64,000 bases of DNA from a virus. The number at the start of each line of letters is the position of its first letter. Within the stretch, counting starts at the first letter, position 1. Both the position numbers and the translations under genes were made by a program. Location: positions 40,851 through 104,850 of the IMG/VR virus record IMGVR_UViG_3300033141_004289. One strand, given 5' to 3'. The notes under the pieces are model-generated. The model was not told the origin of the DNA and did not search any database. It saw nothing but the letters and a program-made list of their open reading frames with translations. Below are positions 1 to 9,377 of the stretch, piece after piece.

Positions 1-1
1 T

Positions 2-364
2 CCAACTATTATCAACTTAGGTAATGGAACTCACTCAATTGATTTAGTTAATAATAAATGGATGAATAGATCATTTTTTGATGCTTTATTTTCATTAGCA
101 GATCATATGGAAAGTATGCCAAGTGATATTGATGAAAGAGCTGCATTTGTTATTAAAGGTGGTAAAAAGGTAAAGGTAGCACTAGTTAGAAGAAAAAGAA
201 AAAAGAGACTAACTTCTAAACAAAAAGCTGGTTTTAAAAAGGGTGCTAGAAAAAGGAAAGCAAAGAAGGGCCAAATAAATAGAAAAAGGGCCAAATCTTT
301 AAAGGTTCGTAAAAGACTTAAACTAAAGAAAAATACTAATAAGAAATTAAAGGTAATGCGATAA
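2..364 (+). CDS. Prohead core protein, T4 gp68-like (5'-partial; frame is open back to the window start)
   Basis: Very K/R-rich C-terminus (RKRAKSLKVRKRL) resembles gp68-type core proteins. It lies upstream of protease and capsid genes. There is no stop between positions 2 and 62 in this frame. Confidence 0.55.
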   Translation, partial: PTIINLGNGTHSIDLVNNKWMNRSFFDALFSLADHMESMPSDIDERAAFVIKGGKKVKVALVRRKRKKRLTSKQKAGFKKGARKRKAKKGQINRKRAKSLKVRKRLKLKKNTNKKLKVMR

Positions 365-882
365 TGAAAGTCATCAATGAAATAAATAATTTTTTATGGG
401 CAAGCATTTTTGAATCTATTGATCTGAATGAAAACATTAACATGCGGTTTGTTTCTGAAAAAGAATGTGACGAATATATTGAAAGAACAGAAATTTGGAG
501 AATTGAAGGGGATGAATCTGACCCTGAGGGGACAGAGGTGCTTTCAGCTTATTCTAAAGTTGACGGGTCATATATAGGTCAAATTAAAGAAGCTGACATA
601 ATGGTGAAAAAATGGGGATTATCCCAAATTCAAAAAGCCGAAAATGGTCACAGCGTTGCATCAATCGGATTTAATGAAAAGAAACAAGAATGGTGTGGGT
701 GGAGTCATAGAGCAATGTGTGGTTTTGGAATTGGTGATAAAGTATTTGATGAAAGTTTTGGCGGCACAATGGATATAGGCCAATTGGAAAAAATGCCCTT
801 TAGAAAAAGGGGTAGTATAGTTATCGCTAAATTAGAACAAGCAAAAAAAGCAGCAAGTAATTTTGCTAAATATGTGAGCTAA
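364..882 (+). CDS. Hypothetical protein, candidate internal head protein
   Basis: 172-aa ORF coupled by TAATG. N-terminus MKVINEINNFL resembles those of 12283 and 12607. Confidence 0.6.
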   Translation: MKVINEINNFLWASIFESIDLNENINMRFVSEKECDEYIERTEIWRIEGDESDPEGTEVLSAYSKVDGSYIGQIKEADIMVKKWGLSQIQKAENGHSVASIGFNEKKQEWCGWSHRAMCGFGIGDKVFDESFGGTMDIGQLEKMPFRKRGSIVIAKLEQAKKAASNFAKYVS

Positions 883-883
883 A

Positions 884-1099
884 ATGGCAAAGGAAAAAGA
901 AGAATTAGTTGGTAAGGCCTTAATGACAGAGCTTTCAAGATATGCTCTTAGAATTGGTAGAAAAGCCGAATCCAGTGCAGTTAAAGACAAAACTAATTTA
1001 ATTTTGGCCATTGGTTTAATAAATCATGCCCAAGGATTAGTGGAAGTTGATGCCACTAAAGCAAGGCGTTTAATGGGCCAAGTTAAGAAACTGATATAA
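884..1099 (+). CDS. Hypothetical protein
   Basis: 71-aa ORF tightly packed in the operon. Confidence 0.6.
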   Translation: MAKEKEELVGKALMTELSRYALRIGRKAESSAVKDKTNLILAIGLINHAQGLVEVDATKARRLMGQVKKLI

Positions 1100-1109
1100 G
1101 GGGTTTTGC

Positions 1110-1361
1110 ATGGATGCTAAAGGAATTGGTGTTGGTACTATATTAAGTGGAATAATTCTTGGCTTAATTGCTTGGTCAGGTGTTCAGATTGTTTCAAATG
1201 CAAAGGCAGTTACTAGATTGGAAGAACGAGAAATGGCCACTAGGGATATTATCATTAGAATGAGAACTGATTTTGATAAAAGATTGGATAGTATAGATTC
1301 TAATGTAGATTGGATAAGACGAAATTTATATTATAAGGGAACCCCTATTAGGGGTAAATAG
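1110..1361 (+). CDS. Small membrane protein (N-terminal TM helix plus coiled coil), possibly holin/XhlA-like
   Basis: Hydrophobic GIGVGTILSGIILGLIAWSGV followed by a heptad-like segment. Confidence 0.45.
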   Translation: MDAKGIGVGTILSGIILGLIAWSGVQIVSNAKAVTRLEEREMATRDIIIRMRTDFDKRLDSIDSNVDWIRRNLYYKGTPIRGK

Positions 1362-1373
1362 TAAGGACAAGTC

Positions 1374-2093
1374 ATGAAATTTAATACAACTTTAGATGCA
1401 CAAACATTTTTAACTGAGGTTAGAGAGTTCTCTAAGATTAAAGATGCTGATGAGAAGTATGAGCCAACTAATGAGGAAGTTCAATCATTTTTAAAGGCCC
1501 GCACACCGTTAGTTAAAAAATTAAAAAATAATAGAAAATCATCTGCTCAAAAAGCAAATTGGCGACAAAATAGATATAAGATGATGAAAGGTATTAAGGC
1601 CTTCCATAAGTCTGTTAAAGGGAAGAGATTTCATAGAAAATTAGGTACTTTTTTAGCCACTAGATTATTTCGTGCTAAAACAAGTGAAAGTGGCTTTTCA
1701 ATGTTATTATCAAAGCAGGGTTATTTGAAAGGACTTAATTCAGCAAAACAGCATTTATTGGTTGAACTCGAGTATTTTCATCAATTACAAGAACAGGTAG
1801 AATTAGAAGAGTTTATTACTGATTATGCCTATCCTTATTTTAGATCGATAGAAGAAAAAGTTATAATAGACGAAGATTTGACAGATGATGAATTAGTGTT
1901 CTTGTTTGATTTAGTTGAGGCCAATGCTTTGATAACTTCATTTTCTGATAAAACAGGGTTAACATTTGCACAAATCGAGAAAATGTGGAATGCTATAAGG
2001 AATGATTTAAATAAAGAAGGGATTACAGATGATGATGAAAAATTTTATCCCTTTTTGGTTACTCGTTTAAAAAAACAGATAGGAATTAAATAG
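1374..2093 (+). CDS. Hypothetical head-morphogenesis (core-like) protein
   Basis: 239 aa with AAGGA RBS and a basic N-terminal half. Directly upstream of the prohead protease. Confidence 0.5.
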   Translation: MKFNTTLDAQTFLTEVREFSKIKDADEKYEPTNEEVQSFLKARTPLVKKLKNNRKSSAQKANWRQNRYKMMKGIKAFHKSVKGKRFHRKLGTFLATRLFRAKTSESGFSMLLSKQGYLKGLNSAKQHLLVELEYFHQLQEQVELEEFITDYAYPYFRSIEEKVIIDEDLTDDELVFLFDLVEANALITSFSDKTGLTFAQIEKMWNAIRNDLNKEGITDDDEKFYPFLVTRLKKQIGIK

Positions 2094-3469
2094 TGAAACT
2101 TGAAAAAATTTCATGCGTAATTGACCCCGAAGTTAAATTTTCTCTAGTTGAGGAATCTAATGAAGTTGATGGGGAACATATTTTAGCAAAGATCAAAGGT
2201 CAGTTCTTTGTTCCTAACGGTAAATCCAGAAATGGTAGATTTTATCCTTCTGCTTTATGGGAAAGAGTAATTAATGACCCAACAGTTAAGAATAGATTAA
2301 ATAAAAGAGTAATGTTTGGTACAGTGGGTCATGACGCCGAATTAAATGATAAAGCTGTTCGAGAAGGTCTAATTTCCCATTTTATGACAAATATTGGAAT
2401 TGATGATAATGGTAGAGGTATGGGTGAAGCCTTAATTTTAAATACTCCGACTGGGCGTATTTTAAATACAGTTCTAAGAGCTGGTTCCCAATTATTTGTT
2501 TCCTCAAGGGCCAATGGCACCTTTAAAGGAAAGCATGACGGTTTGCCAGTTGTAGATGAGGACACTTATGATATTGATGGTTGGGATTTTGTAATTGACC
2601 CCGGTTTTTTAGAGGCCAACCCATCAGTTTCTGAAAGTCTAAAGAAAATAGGAGAAAAAAATATGAACATTAATAACAAGGAAGTCAGCATGAACGAAAA
2701 ACTGATTGAGCACATTTCTAATGAGAACCATGAACTTAAAACTAAAGTTGGAAATCTAACTGATGAAATTAAAGCATTAGAAGAAGATACAACTACTATT
2801 AAAGAAGAGAACACACATCTTAAATCTGAAATGGATAAGTGGGAAGCTGATAAAAAGGTTATCGAATCTTATACAAATATCGGTACAGTTGAAGAACTTA
2901 CTGAAAAACTTGCTAAAGCAGATGAAGATGGAAAGGTTCTAACGGCCTACAATGAGCTTTCTGATTCCCCAGAAATTGCTAAAGAAACTCTTGAAAGTGC
3001 TAGAGACTTTATCAAAACTGTAACAGAAGAGTTTGGAACAATTGCTCAAATTAAAAAGGCCCTTGAATCAGCTATTTCTTTTAGAGAGTCTATTGAAGAA
3101 ATGGGAACAACTGATCAAATTAAAGAAGCCCTTACTGCTTATTTAACAATTCTTGAAGCCGAAGAAGCTAAAAAAGAAGATATTAAAGTTAAAGCTCTTG
3201 CAGAAGAACTTGGAATTGAAGAAGGAAAAATGAAAGACCTTCTACTTAAATATTCTGAAGAAGATATTAAGGCCCTTCTTGGAAATAAGAAAGAAGAGAA
3301 GCCAGTTGAAGAAAACAAAGAAGATACTACTACTGATGAAGATGCTTATAAAAAGAAGAACTTCACAGAAGAAAAAAAGGAAGAAGATACGAATACTGAC
3401 GTTTCTGAAAGTAATATTTTAGGAAAATCAAGAGCTGATCGTATCGCTGAAAGATATAACAGAGTTTAA
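2093..3469 (+). CDS. Prohead protease (T4 gp21-like) fused to coiled-coil scaffolding protein (gp22-like)
   Basis: SRNGRFYP, GHD, SH, ILNTPTGRIL, VSSRANG and DFVIDPGF are gp21/U9-type motifs. The E/K-rich helical C-terminal 260 aa precede the capsid gene. Confidence 0.9.
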   Translation: MKLEKISCVIDPEVKFSLVEESNEVDGEHILAKIKGQFFVPNGKSRNGRFYPSALWERVINDPTVKNRLNKRVMFGTVGHDAELNDKAVREGLISHFMTNIGIDDNGRGMGEALILNTPTGRILNTVLRAGSQLFVSSRANGTFKGKHDGLPVVDEDTYDIDGWDFVIDPGFLEANPSVSESLKKIGEKNMNINNKEVSMNEKLIEHISNENHELKTKVGNLTDEIKALEEDTTTIKEENTHLKSEMDKWEADKKVIESYTNIGTVEELTEKLAKADEDGKVLTAYNELSDSPEIAKETLESARDFIKTVTEEFGTIAQIKKALESAISFRESIEEMGTTDQIKEALTAYLTILEAEEAKKEDIKVKALAEELGIEEGKMKDLLLKYSEEDIKALLGNKKEEKPVEENKEDTTTDEDAYKKKNFTEEKKEEDTNTDVSESNILGKSRADRIAERYNRV

Positions 3470-3548
3470 TTTCTCTCCTATTGAACTGCACTTCAGTCGA
3501 TAGAAGGATTTAAGTCAATATTATTAACTTATTTGATAGGAGAGTATC

Positions 3549-4964
3549 ATGGATACTAACAAAATCGAAGAAAAGGCCGTTGAAAGAATGGCTGAGGGAT
3601 ACTTCGCTAAATACAAATCCCAAATGCAAACACTCGAAAAATCTCTAGTTTCTAAAGCTATGGATTTGACTGAGCATCACCTAGTTCAACTTGGAAAGCA
3701 ACTTGACCAATGGGAAGTTTATCGTTCCATGTGTGAAGCTAATGGTTCTTTGAACACTCTTGGTGAGCTACCTAAAGTTGCTCTTGATGTTATTACAGCT
3801 ACTATGAGTAATAGTATTCTTCCTGTAATTGCTTCTACGCAAACTATTGAGTCTCAAAAATCAATTATCTGGTTCAAGAATGTAAAAGCTCTTGATTCTA
3901 AAGGTAATATTACTGCTGGTGATAAATTGATTGACCCACGAGTTGGAAGTAAGACACCTTCTGGATATGCTTCTTCTGAAGTTATCGGTGAAGAAGCTGT
4001 TAACCCAACTATTGCAACTCAGGTTGCTTACGCTTTTAGTGTAAATGGTAGTGAGTCAATTCGCAGTCAATTTATTAAAGTTTATCTAGAGTCTGATCCT
4101 TCCATCTATGCGAAAGATTTTGAAGGAAAAGGTATTCTTCTTGGTAACGGAATGAGTGGTACAGTTAATTATACAACTGGTGCTATCACTATTGATCTTG
4201 CAGCTGATCCAGGAGGAGCTGATAAGATTCTTGTTGATTATCAACAAAACCTTGAAGAGATGAGCGATGTTCGAAGAATTAGCTCTGAACTTGAATCAAC
4301 TGACATCGAAGCAAAACCATATGCACTTAAAGGTGTTATGGGAATGTTCCAGATGTTCGCTCTTAAAAAAGCATTTGGTGATTCTGCTCTTGATGACCTA
4401 ACTATGGACCTTACTCGTGAAATCAATGCTGAAATCGGTGGCGATTTTATTCGTAAGTATTCTAGTGAAGCCGTTGGTACAACTAGTTTTACTGATTATA
4501 ACCCTCTTGTTCAAACTGGTTATTCTGAGAAGCAATACAGAGAGTCTTATGCTTTCCGTATGGCAGATGCAGAAACAGTTATGATGGGTAATGTTGGTCG
4601 TGGTGCTATTAAAGTTATGATCGTTGGTCGTGAGCATGCTGCCCTCGTAAGAGGACTTGATGGATTCAACCTTCTTTCTGATGGTGGAAGTCTTGGTGCA
4701 CACGTTTTTGGAACTTATAAGGGTATTACTTATATTCGTGTTCCAGAAGAAGCACTTCTTAGTGCTAAATTAGGTATTGGACTTTACACTGGTGCTTCTC
4801 CACTTGAGAGTGCTGGGGTTTATGCTCCTTTTATGCCTCTAACTGTTCAAGCTGCACCTTTAGGGCCTAACCCACTAACTGACCAAAAAGTTGCTGCCAC
4901 TATGGCTGGAACTAAGGTTGTTGTTCCCGGTTATGCTACTAAATTTAATGTAGTTGCTCCTTAA
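3549..4964 (+). CDS. Major capsid protein, T4 gp23-like
   Basis: 471 aa after the protease, strong AGGAG RBS and highly biased codons. Motifs IEAKPYALK, LTREINAEI and GVYAPFMPL. Likely cleavage at E63-A64. Confidence 0.92.
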   Translation: MDTNKIEEKAVERMAEGYFAKYKSQMQTLEKSLVSKAMDLTEHHLVQLGKQLDQWEVYRSMCEANGSLNTLGELPKVALDVITATMSNSILPVIASTQTIESQKSIIWFKNVKALDSKGNITAGDKLIDPRVGSKTPSGYASSEVIGEEAVNPTIATQVAYAFSVNGSESIRSQFIKVYLESDPSIYAKDFEGKGILLGNGMSGTVNYTTGAITIDLAADPGGADKILVDYQQNLEEMSDVRRISSELESTDIEAKPYALKGVMGMFQMFALKKAFGDSALDDLTMDLTREINAEIGGDFIRKYSSEAVGTTSFTDYNPLVQTGYSEKQYRESYAFRMADAETVMMGNVGRGAIKVMIVGREHAALVRGLDGFNLLSDGGSLGAHVFGTYKGITYIRVPEEALLSAKLGIGLYTGASPLESAGVYAPFMPLTVQAAPLGPNPLTDQKVAATMAGTKVVVPGYATKFNVVAP

Positions 4965-4976
4965 TCTTCGGATTAA
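4961..4976 (+). promoter_or_regulatory. C(UUCG)G tetraloop hairpin at the capsid stop codon
   Basis: TTAATC-TTCG-GATTAA, a 6-bp stem with the T4-type UUCG loop. Confidence 0.65.
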
Positions 4977-4996
4977 AGAACTAAAAGAAAATTTAG

Positions 4997-5032
4997 GGGA
5001 GGGGATGAGAAATCACTCCCTCCCTTTTTTTT
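4997..5032 (+). terminator. Rho-independent terminator after the major capsid gene
   Basis: GGGAGGGGATGA-GAAA-TCACTCCCTCCC followed by T8. Confidence 0.88.
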
Positions 5033-5050
5033 AAATAAGGAAAGAAAAAA

Positions 5051-5353
5051 ATGAAAGTCAAAGTAACAAATTTACTAAAGAGCGTTCTGGTTATTGCATC
5101 AACTCAAGGAAAGCAATTAGCACTTGGAAGTGAAAGAGGCCATATTTTTGAGAAACACGAGTATGCTTTTTTCAGTAAGTCCTGTGAAAATTTTAAAAAG
5201 ACAGGTTGGTTAAAAATTGAACAGGTTAGTGAAGAAGCTGTTGTAGGAAAAGCAAATGCAGAGCCAGTTGATAAAGCAATTGAAATTGCAGGCAAAGAAA
5301 AGCCAGTTGTGAAAAAGAAAAGAGGCAGAAAACCTAAAAAGAAGACTGCTTAG
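5051..5353 (+). CDS. Hypothetical protein with basic C-terminus
   Basis: 100 aa, AAGGA RBS, ends KKKRGRKPKKK. Confidence 0.65.
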   Translation: MKVKVTNLLKSVLVIASTQGKQLALGSERGHIFEKHEYAFFSKSCENFKKTGWLKIEQVSEEAVVGKANAEPVDKAIEIAGKEKPVVKKKRGRKPKKKTA

Positions 5354-5382
5354 TAAATTAATTTATAAACTAGGGGATTGTT

Positions 5383-6054
5383 TTGAGAATCGAGGACATT
5401 TTTGATCGTATCCTCTTACGGTCCGGTCAATTTATTTTAAGAAAAAGCCGTATCGATATAGATATTGATAGTTTCAGAATATTAGTAGAGGATGCTCTAT
5501 CTGAATATTCTGGTTTTGTTCCATATGAAAAACCATATACAATGGATTTTAATAGTCAGAGAAATTTTACATTTCCTGATGGTTGGGATACTGATTTAAA
5601 TAGATCACCTGATTGGATTGCAGAGGCCACTCCTATTAATTCCTTTGGTTCAATAAATACTATTTTAAATTATTCTGGTAGCCCACAAAATGCTTTGATT
5701 GACCCTATTCAAGCACCTTGGGATTACAATAAAGTTAATAAAACATTAACTGTTCCATATAGTGCTTTTTATAAAGTAGTTGCTTGTTATGAGCATGAAA
5801 TAGTTAGTGAAGTAATTGATGGTGTAACAGTTTATTCTGTTCCAACAATAGATAGAAAAGACCAACCATTCTTCGACTTATTGAAAGGAATGTTTTTACA
5901 GGGTATTGGTAGAAGCCGTAGGGCCTTTACATTAAATGATTTACCTATATTAATGGATGCAGAAACACTAGCATCTGAGGGTGATGAGATAATGGAAAGA
6001 GCTCTTGAAGGACTACAAGCAGATCAAAAATTTTACTTAGCATTTGGGGGATAA
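5383..6054 (+). CDS. Neck/head-tail adaptor protein (gp13-like)
   Basis: Position after the capsid gene. C-terminal IGRSRRAF...LPILMDAETLASEGDEIMERALEGL pattern is typical of adaptor proteins. Confidence 0.6.
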   Translation: MRIEDIFDRILLRSGQFILRKSRIDIDIDSFRILVEDALSEYSGFVPYEKPYTMDFNSQRNFTFPDGWDTDLNRSPDWIAEATPINSFGSINTILNYSGSPQNALIDPIQAPWDYNKVNKTLTVPYSAFYKVVACYEHEIVSEVIDGVTVYSVPTIDRKDQPFFDLLKGMFLQGIGRSRRAFTLNDLPILMDAETLASEGDEIMERALEGLQADQKFYLAFGG

Positions 6055-6055
6055 T

Positions 6056-6322
6056 ATGAGTATAGCAAAAAAGATTTTAGATAAGTTACCTAAGAAAGAA
6101 GAGACGAAAGTGGATGAAAAAGTTGCTCCTTCTTTTTTTGATGCCGCAAATGCTTTGGCTTCTTTAATTAAAAGATGGAAAAGCGGTGATAAGAATTTCG
6201 CTGGTGTTCAAAAACTATTTGTAGAAATTCTTGATAGTTTAGACGAAGTTGATGAACAACAAGCATTAGCTAAAATGGATGCATTAGCTAAATTTATTAG
6301 AAGCAAGGATATTGAAGGATAA
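6056..6322 (+). CDS. Small hypothetical, candidate internal head protein
   Basis: ATG one base after the upstream stop. N-terminus MSIAKKILDKL. Confidence 0.55.
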   Translation: MSIAKKILDKLPKKEETKVDEKVAPSFFDAANALASLIKRWKSGDKNFAGVQKLFVEILDSLDEVDEQQALAKMDALAKFIRSKDIEG

Positions 6323-6325
6323 ATA

Positions 6326-6901
6326 ATGCCTGTCTTTTTAAAAGATATTAAAAGGGAATTAGAATCCGATATTGGAAAGGTAGGACAAGCTGCTGATGGT
6401 AGCTATAAGTTTGAACCACCCAATATTGTAGGTAGGAAAATATCAAAATATACTAAATTAAAAGTTACTAAGGTATCTTCTACACCAACTTTCGGTACAA
6501 ATTCTATATCATATAATGGATTAGCTGCTTCTGAATCAGATAAGGGTATTAAATATAAAGTAACTATTAGATTTCACGATATGCAGTTTAAGGATATTGC
6601 TTCTAAACAATTCTCTACAGAAGCAAAAATGGGTAAAGTTACTAAGTATCACAGGATACCTACAGTTCAAAGAAATCCAGTAATGCTAAAATGTAGCTGT
6701 CAGGATTTTAGGCATAGATTTGAAACTCAATTATCAAATGCTAGTGGATTAGTTGGTGGTCCTAGAAAATATACTAGAAAAACCCCCCCATGGCCTATTG
6801 GTTATCCATTTGCCAACTCAACAAATAAGTTAGGTATTTGTAAGCATGTAAACTCTCTATTATTTATTTTAAAAGATAAGGGTTTAATTAAGGAGCGATA
6901 A
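6326..6901 (+). CDS. SWIM-type zinc-finger protein
   Basis: CSCQDF...GICKH matches CxC-xn-CxH. Confidence 0.65.
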   Translation: MPVFLKDIKRELESDIGKVGQAADGSYKFEPPNIVGRKISKYTKLKVTKVSSTPTFGTNSISYNGLAASESDKGIKYKVTIRFHDMQFKDIASKQFSTEAKMGKVTKYHRIPTVQRNPVMLKCSCQDFRHRFETQLSNASGLVGGPRKYTRKTPPWPIGYPFANSTNKLGICKHVNSLLFILKDKGLIKER

Positions 6902-7185
6902 TGAAATTAGCAGAAAAGGTATTACTATTTAGTGAGGCTTTCGATACTGAGCAAGCAATGAAGAACGTACCGATTCAGACAGGCAAGGTTAGATTCTTTA
7001 ATGCCAGTGATTTAAAAGGTTCGATAACAGGTGATGATGGCGGTTCTTATGACATCTTCCTTAATCAACATAATAAAAAAGACGTTAAAACGGCCAAGAA
7101 AATAAAAGATGGTATGAAAATTAAGTTTAAAGACCTCGATGTAGAACCACCAATGGCCTATATTGGTGATTTTAGTTTTAAGTAA
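6901..7185 (+). CDS. Degenerate cold-shock-domain (OB-fold) protein with N-terminal leader
   Basis: TGKVRFFN...GSITGDDGGSYDIFL resembles CspA TGxVKWFN...GFITPDDGSKDVFV. Confidence 0.55.
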   Translation: MKLAEKVLLFSEAFDTEQAMKNVPIQTGKVRFFNASDLKGSITGDDGGSYDIFLNQHNKKDVKTAKKIKDGMKIKFKDLDVEPPMAYIGDFSFK

Positions 7186-7196
7186 TAGGAGACTAA

Positions 7197-7601
7197 ATGT
7201 CATTTTATAGTGAAATGGAAAAAATCATTGATAAGCATGGAGAGGATGGTTTAATTCATTTAGAGCATTATTATGGCATTGATTTAGAACTTTACAGACA
7301 GGTTAAAAACAGTGCCTATAGTACGGTTCATGGTAGAGATGCAGGACAACCAGCAAGTCATTTAAAAAACTTTATTGGTATATTACAGAGTGACGATTTC
7401 TTCCCAGCAAATAGTACCCAAGCACCGGCCTTTGAAGCTGGTTTTTTACATACTAGAGAACTAGAAATACTAGTTGGTGATGTAATTAAGATAGTTTCAA
7501 ACGATGATAGAAATAGAAGATATAGAATAATTGAGATTGATTCAATTGGTTTAACTCAACAAGTTTATAAACGATATAAATTAAGTGCATTAGGTGATTA
7601 A
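7197..7601 (+). CDS. Putative head-closure/neck protein
   Basis: 134 aa, AGGAG RBS, beta-rich C-terminus (VGDVIKI...YRIIEI), located in the neck region. Confidence 0.45.
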   Translation: MSFYSEMEKIIDKHGEDGLIHLEHYYGIDLELYRQVKNSAYSTVHGRDAGQPASHLKNFIGILQSDDFFPANSTQAPAFEAGFLHTRELEILVGDVIKIVSNDDRNRRYRIIEIDSIGLTQQVYKRYKLSALGD

Positions 7602-7602
7602 G

Positions 7603-7872
7603 ATGAATATTATTATAGAAATAAAAAAATTATTAGAAGATGCCCAAGAAGATTTTTTAAGTAAGCATAGTAAGACATATGATCTTGATAAATATGCTGA
7701 GTATATGGATACTAATTTTCTAAGCGGTAGGGACAATTCAAGAAGGCGATATGATAAGGCAATTGATTCATATATAAATGCTAATTTTGGAAATATAAAA
7801 GATAAGAAGGTATTAAAGGAAATCAAAGATAAGTTAGTTAATCAATATGAATATGAAGATGGGGTTAATTAG
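7603..7872 (+). CDS. Small hypothetical, candidate internal head protein
   Basis: ATG directly after the upstream stop. N-terminus MNIIIEIKKLLEDA. Confidence 0.55.
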   Translation: MNIIIEIKKLLEDAQEDFLSKHSKTYDLDKYAEYMDTNFLSGRDNSRRRYDKAIDSYINANFGNIKDKKVLKEIKDKLVNQYEYEDGVN

Positions 7873-7878
7873 TAAAAT

Positions 7879-8052
7879 ATGAAACTACTTTACTTCATTC
7901 ACGCTATTTTTTGGAGTATTTTTACAGGCATTTTTGCTATCTGTGAAACCATTTATTATCATGCTGAGATAGCATCAGAGCAAAATTGCTTTATAGACGA
8001 AATTGAACCACTATATTTAGAGAAACTAATAAATGAAAAATTTGGAGAATAA
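7879..8052 (+). CDS. 57-aa putative membrane protein (not in the ORF track)
   Basis: MKLLYFIHAIFWSIFTGIFAICETIYYHAE...KFGE*. It fills the gap exactly and has a hydrophobic N-terminus. Confidence 0.55.
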   Translation: MKLLYFIHAIFWSIFTGIFAICETIYYHAEIASEQNCFIDEIEPLYLEKLINEKFGE

Positions 8053-8053
8053 T

Positions 8054-8323
8054 ATGAAATTAGCTGAAAAATGTTTAGAACTAGGTAAAGAAGAAATCGT
8101 TGTAGAGGCCAAAAAAGTTAATGGAGAGAAGATGATTGCTGATATGGAAAAAGCAATTGAATCAAATGATGAGAAAAGTCTTTTAAAATTTATGGCAATG
8201 GATAAAAAGAACTTCTTTAGTAAGAATAATTTAGACATGCTTGCCGATGAAGGACAAATTACAAAGGAACAAGCAAGTCAGTTAGGTAAATTATCAATTC
8301 AAGTTGCTCAAGCATTGAGATAG
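8054..8323 (+). CDS. Small hypothetical, candidate internal head protein
   Basis: GGAG RBS at 8044 and ATG at 8054. N-terminus MKLAEKCLEL, like 6901. Confidence 0.6.
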   Translation: MKLAEKCLELGKEEIVVEAKKVNGEKMIADMEKAIESNDEKSLLKFMAMDKKNFFSKNNLDMLADEGQITKEQASQLGKLSIQVAQALR

Positions 8324-8330
8324 GTTAATA

Positions 8331-9017
8331 ATGGCAAGTAAATCTGAAAATTTAGATAATAGTCAAAATGATGTTATTACAACAATGACGCATGTGCTTT
8401 ATCGTTTTCAGGAAATGGTATCTAAAGAAATGCCATCTATTCCTGTTGTTTATACAGAAGATTTATCTTATGAAAGTGCTTTAAAACAGATAATTGCTAA
8501 TGCTAGTTATGGCGGCCATGCTCAAGATAGTATTCCCTTTTTTGCTTATAATAGAACAGTATTAAATGAGATTGAAGATAGGGCATTAAGTAGAAGGGCA
8601 AAAAACTGTATTGGTTGTCAAAAAGTAGGTGACCAACAAATTACTTATGGCTGTGCATATGGAGAGTTTGATATCCAATTTCTCTATGTATCTAATAATA
8701 TTGAATTAACAGAAAAATTCGAAGTAGTTTATAACTCAGATGAAGGCATTAGTGGAACTAAAGAATTAATCGTTGATATGGAAGAATTAGGACAATTTAA
8801 ATACTTCCTAGATTATCAGGATTTAGTAGAACAACAAATTAGTCATGAGGATGTTTACTATAAGGGAATAATTGGTAGTATTAAAGTAAGAGGATTTTAT
8901 TTTACCTTTAGAGGTGCTAGTGGATTAATTGAAGAAATTAATCAGCGCATTATCACTTCAAGGGATATCCCAAATAGGGAAGAGAACGAAATTCTTAGTG
9001 ATATACAAATCGTCTAA
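8331..9017 (+). CDS. Putative tail terminator/completion protein (gp15-like)
   Basis: 228 aa just upstream of the sheath gene; assigned mainly by synteny. Confidence 0.45.
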   Translation: MASKSENLDNSQNDVITTMTHVLYRFQEMVSKEMPSIPVVYTEDLSYESALKQIIANASYGGHAQDSIPFFAYNRTVLNEIEDRALSRRAKNCIGCQKVGDQQITYGCAYGEFDIQFLYVSNNIELTEKFEVVYNSDEGISGTKELIVDMEELGQFKYFLDYQDLVEQQISHEDVYYKGIIGSIKVRGFYFTFRGASGLIEEINQRIITSRDIPNREENEILSDIQIV

Positions 9018-9028
9018 GGAGTTAAAGG

Positions 9029-9328
9029 ATGGTCAAGCAAAAAAATGACATTGATGTTAAGCTAATTCAGGGTAACTTAATTAGCAATCCTACCAAACCT
9101 GATGTAGAATTATATAAAGAATTGGTAGAGAAGGGTAAAATAGTTGAAGAAGTTGTTCACCCCGCTTTAGTAATTTCTAGATTAGATTACCCAGTTGTTT
9201 TGAATTATGGGGAATCTAAGATAAGATTGTCACCAAGAAGTATTTTAAAAGTTGGTGATGTTGATAAACTTGGTGAGCTTGAAAAGGGTGTGTTCCTAAA
9301 GAAGATTACCTCCGTTAAAGTAAAGTAA
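9029..9328 (+). CDS. Hypothetical protein
   Basis: 99 aa with RBS. Confidence 0.6.
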   Translation: MVKQKNDIDVKLIQGNLISNPTKPDVELYKELVEKGKIVEEVVHPALVISRLDYPVVLNYGESKIRLSPRSILKVGDVDKLGELEKGVFLKKITSVKVK

Positions 9329-9377
9329 AGTCATTATAAAATTAATTATGTAATAAACTTAGATATGGAGGTTTAAA

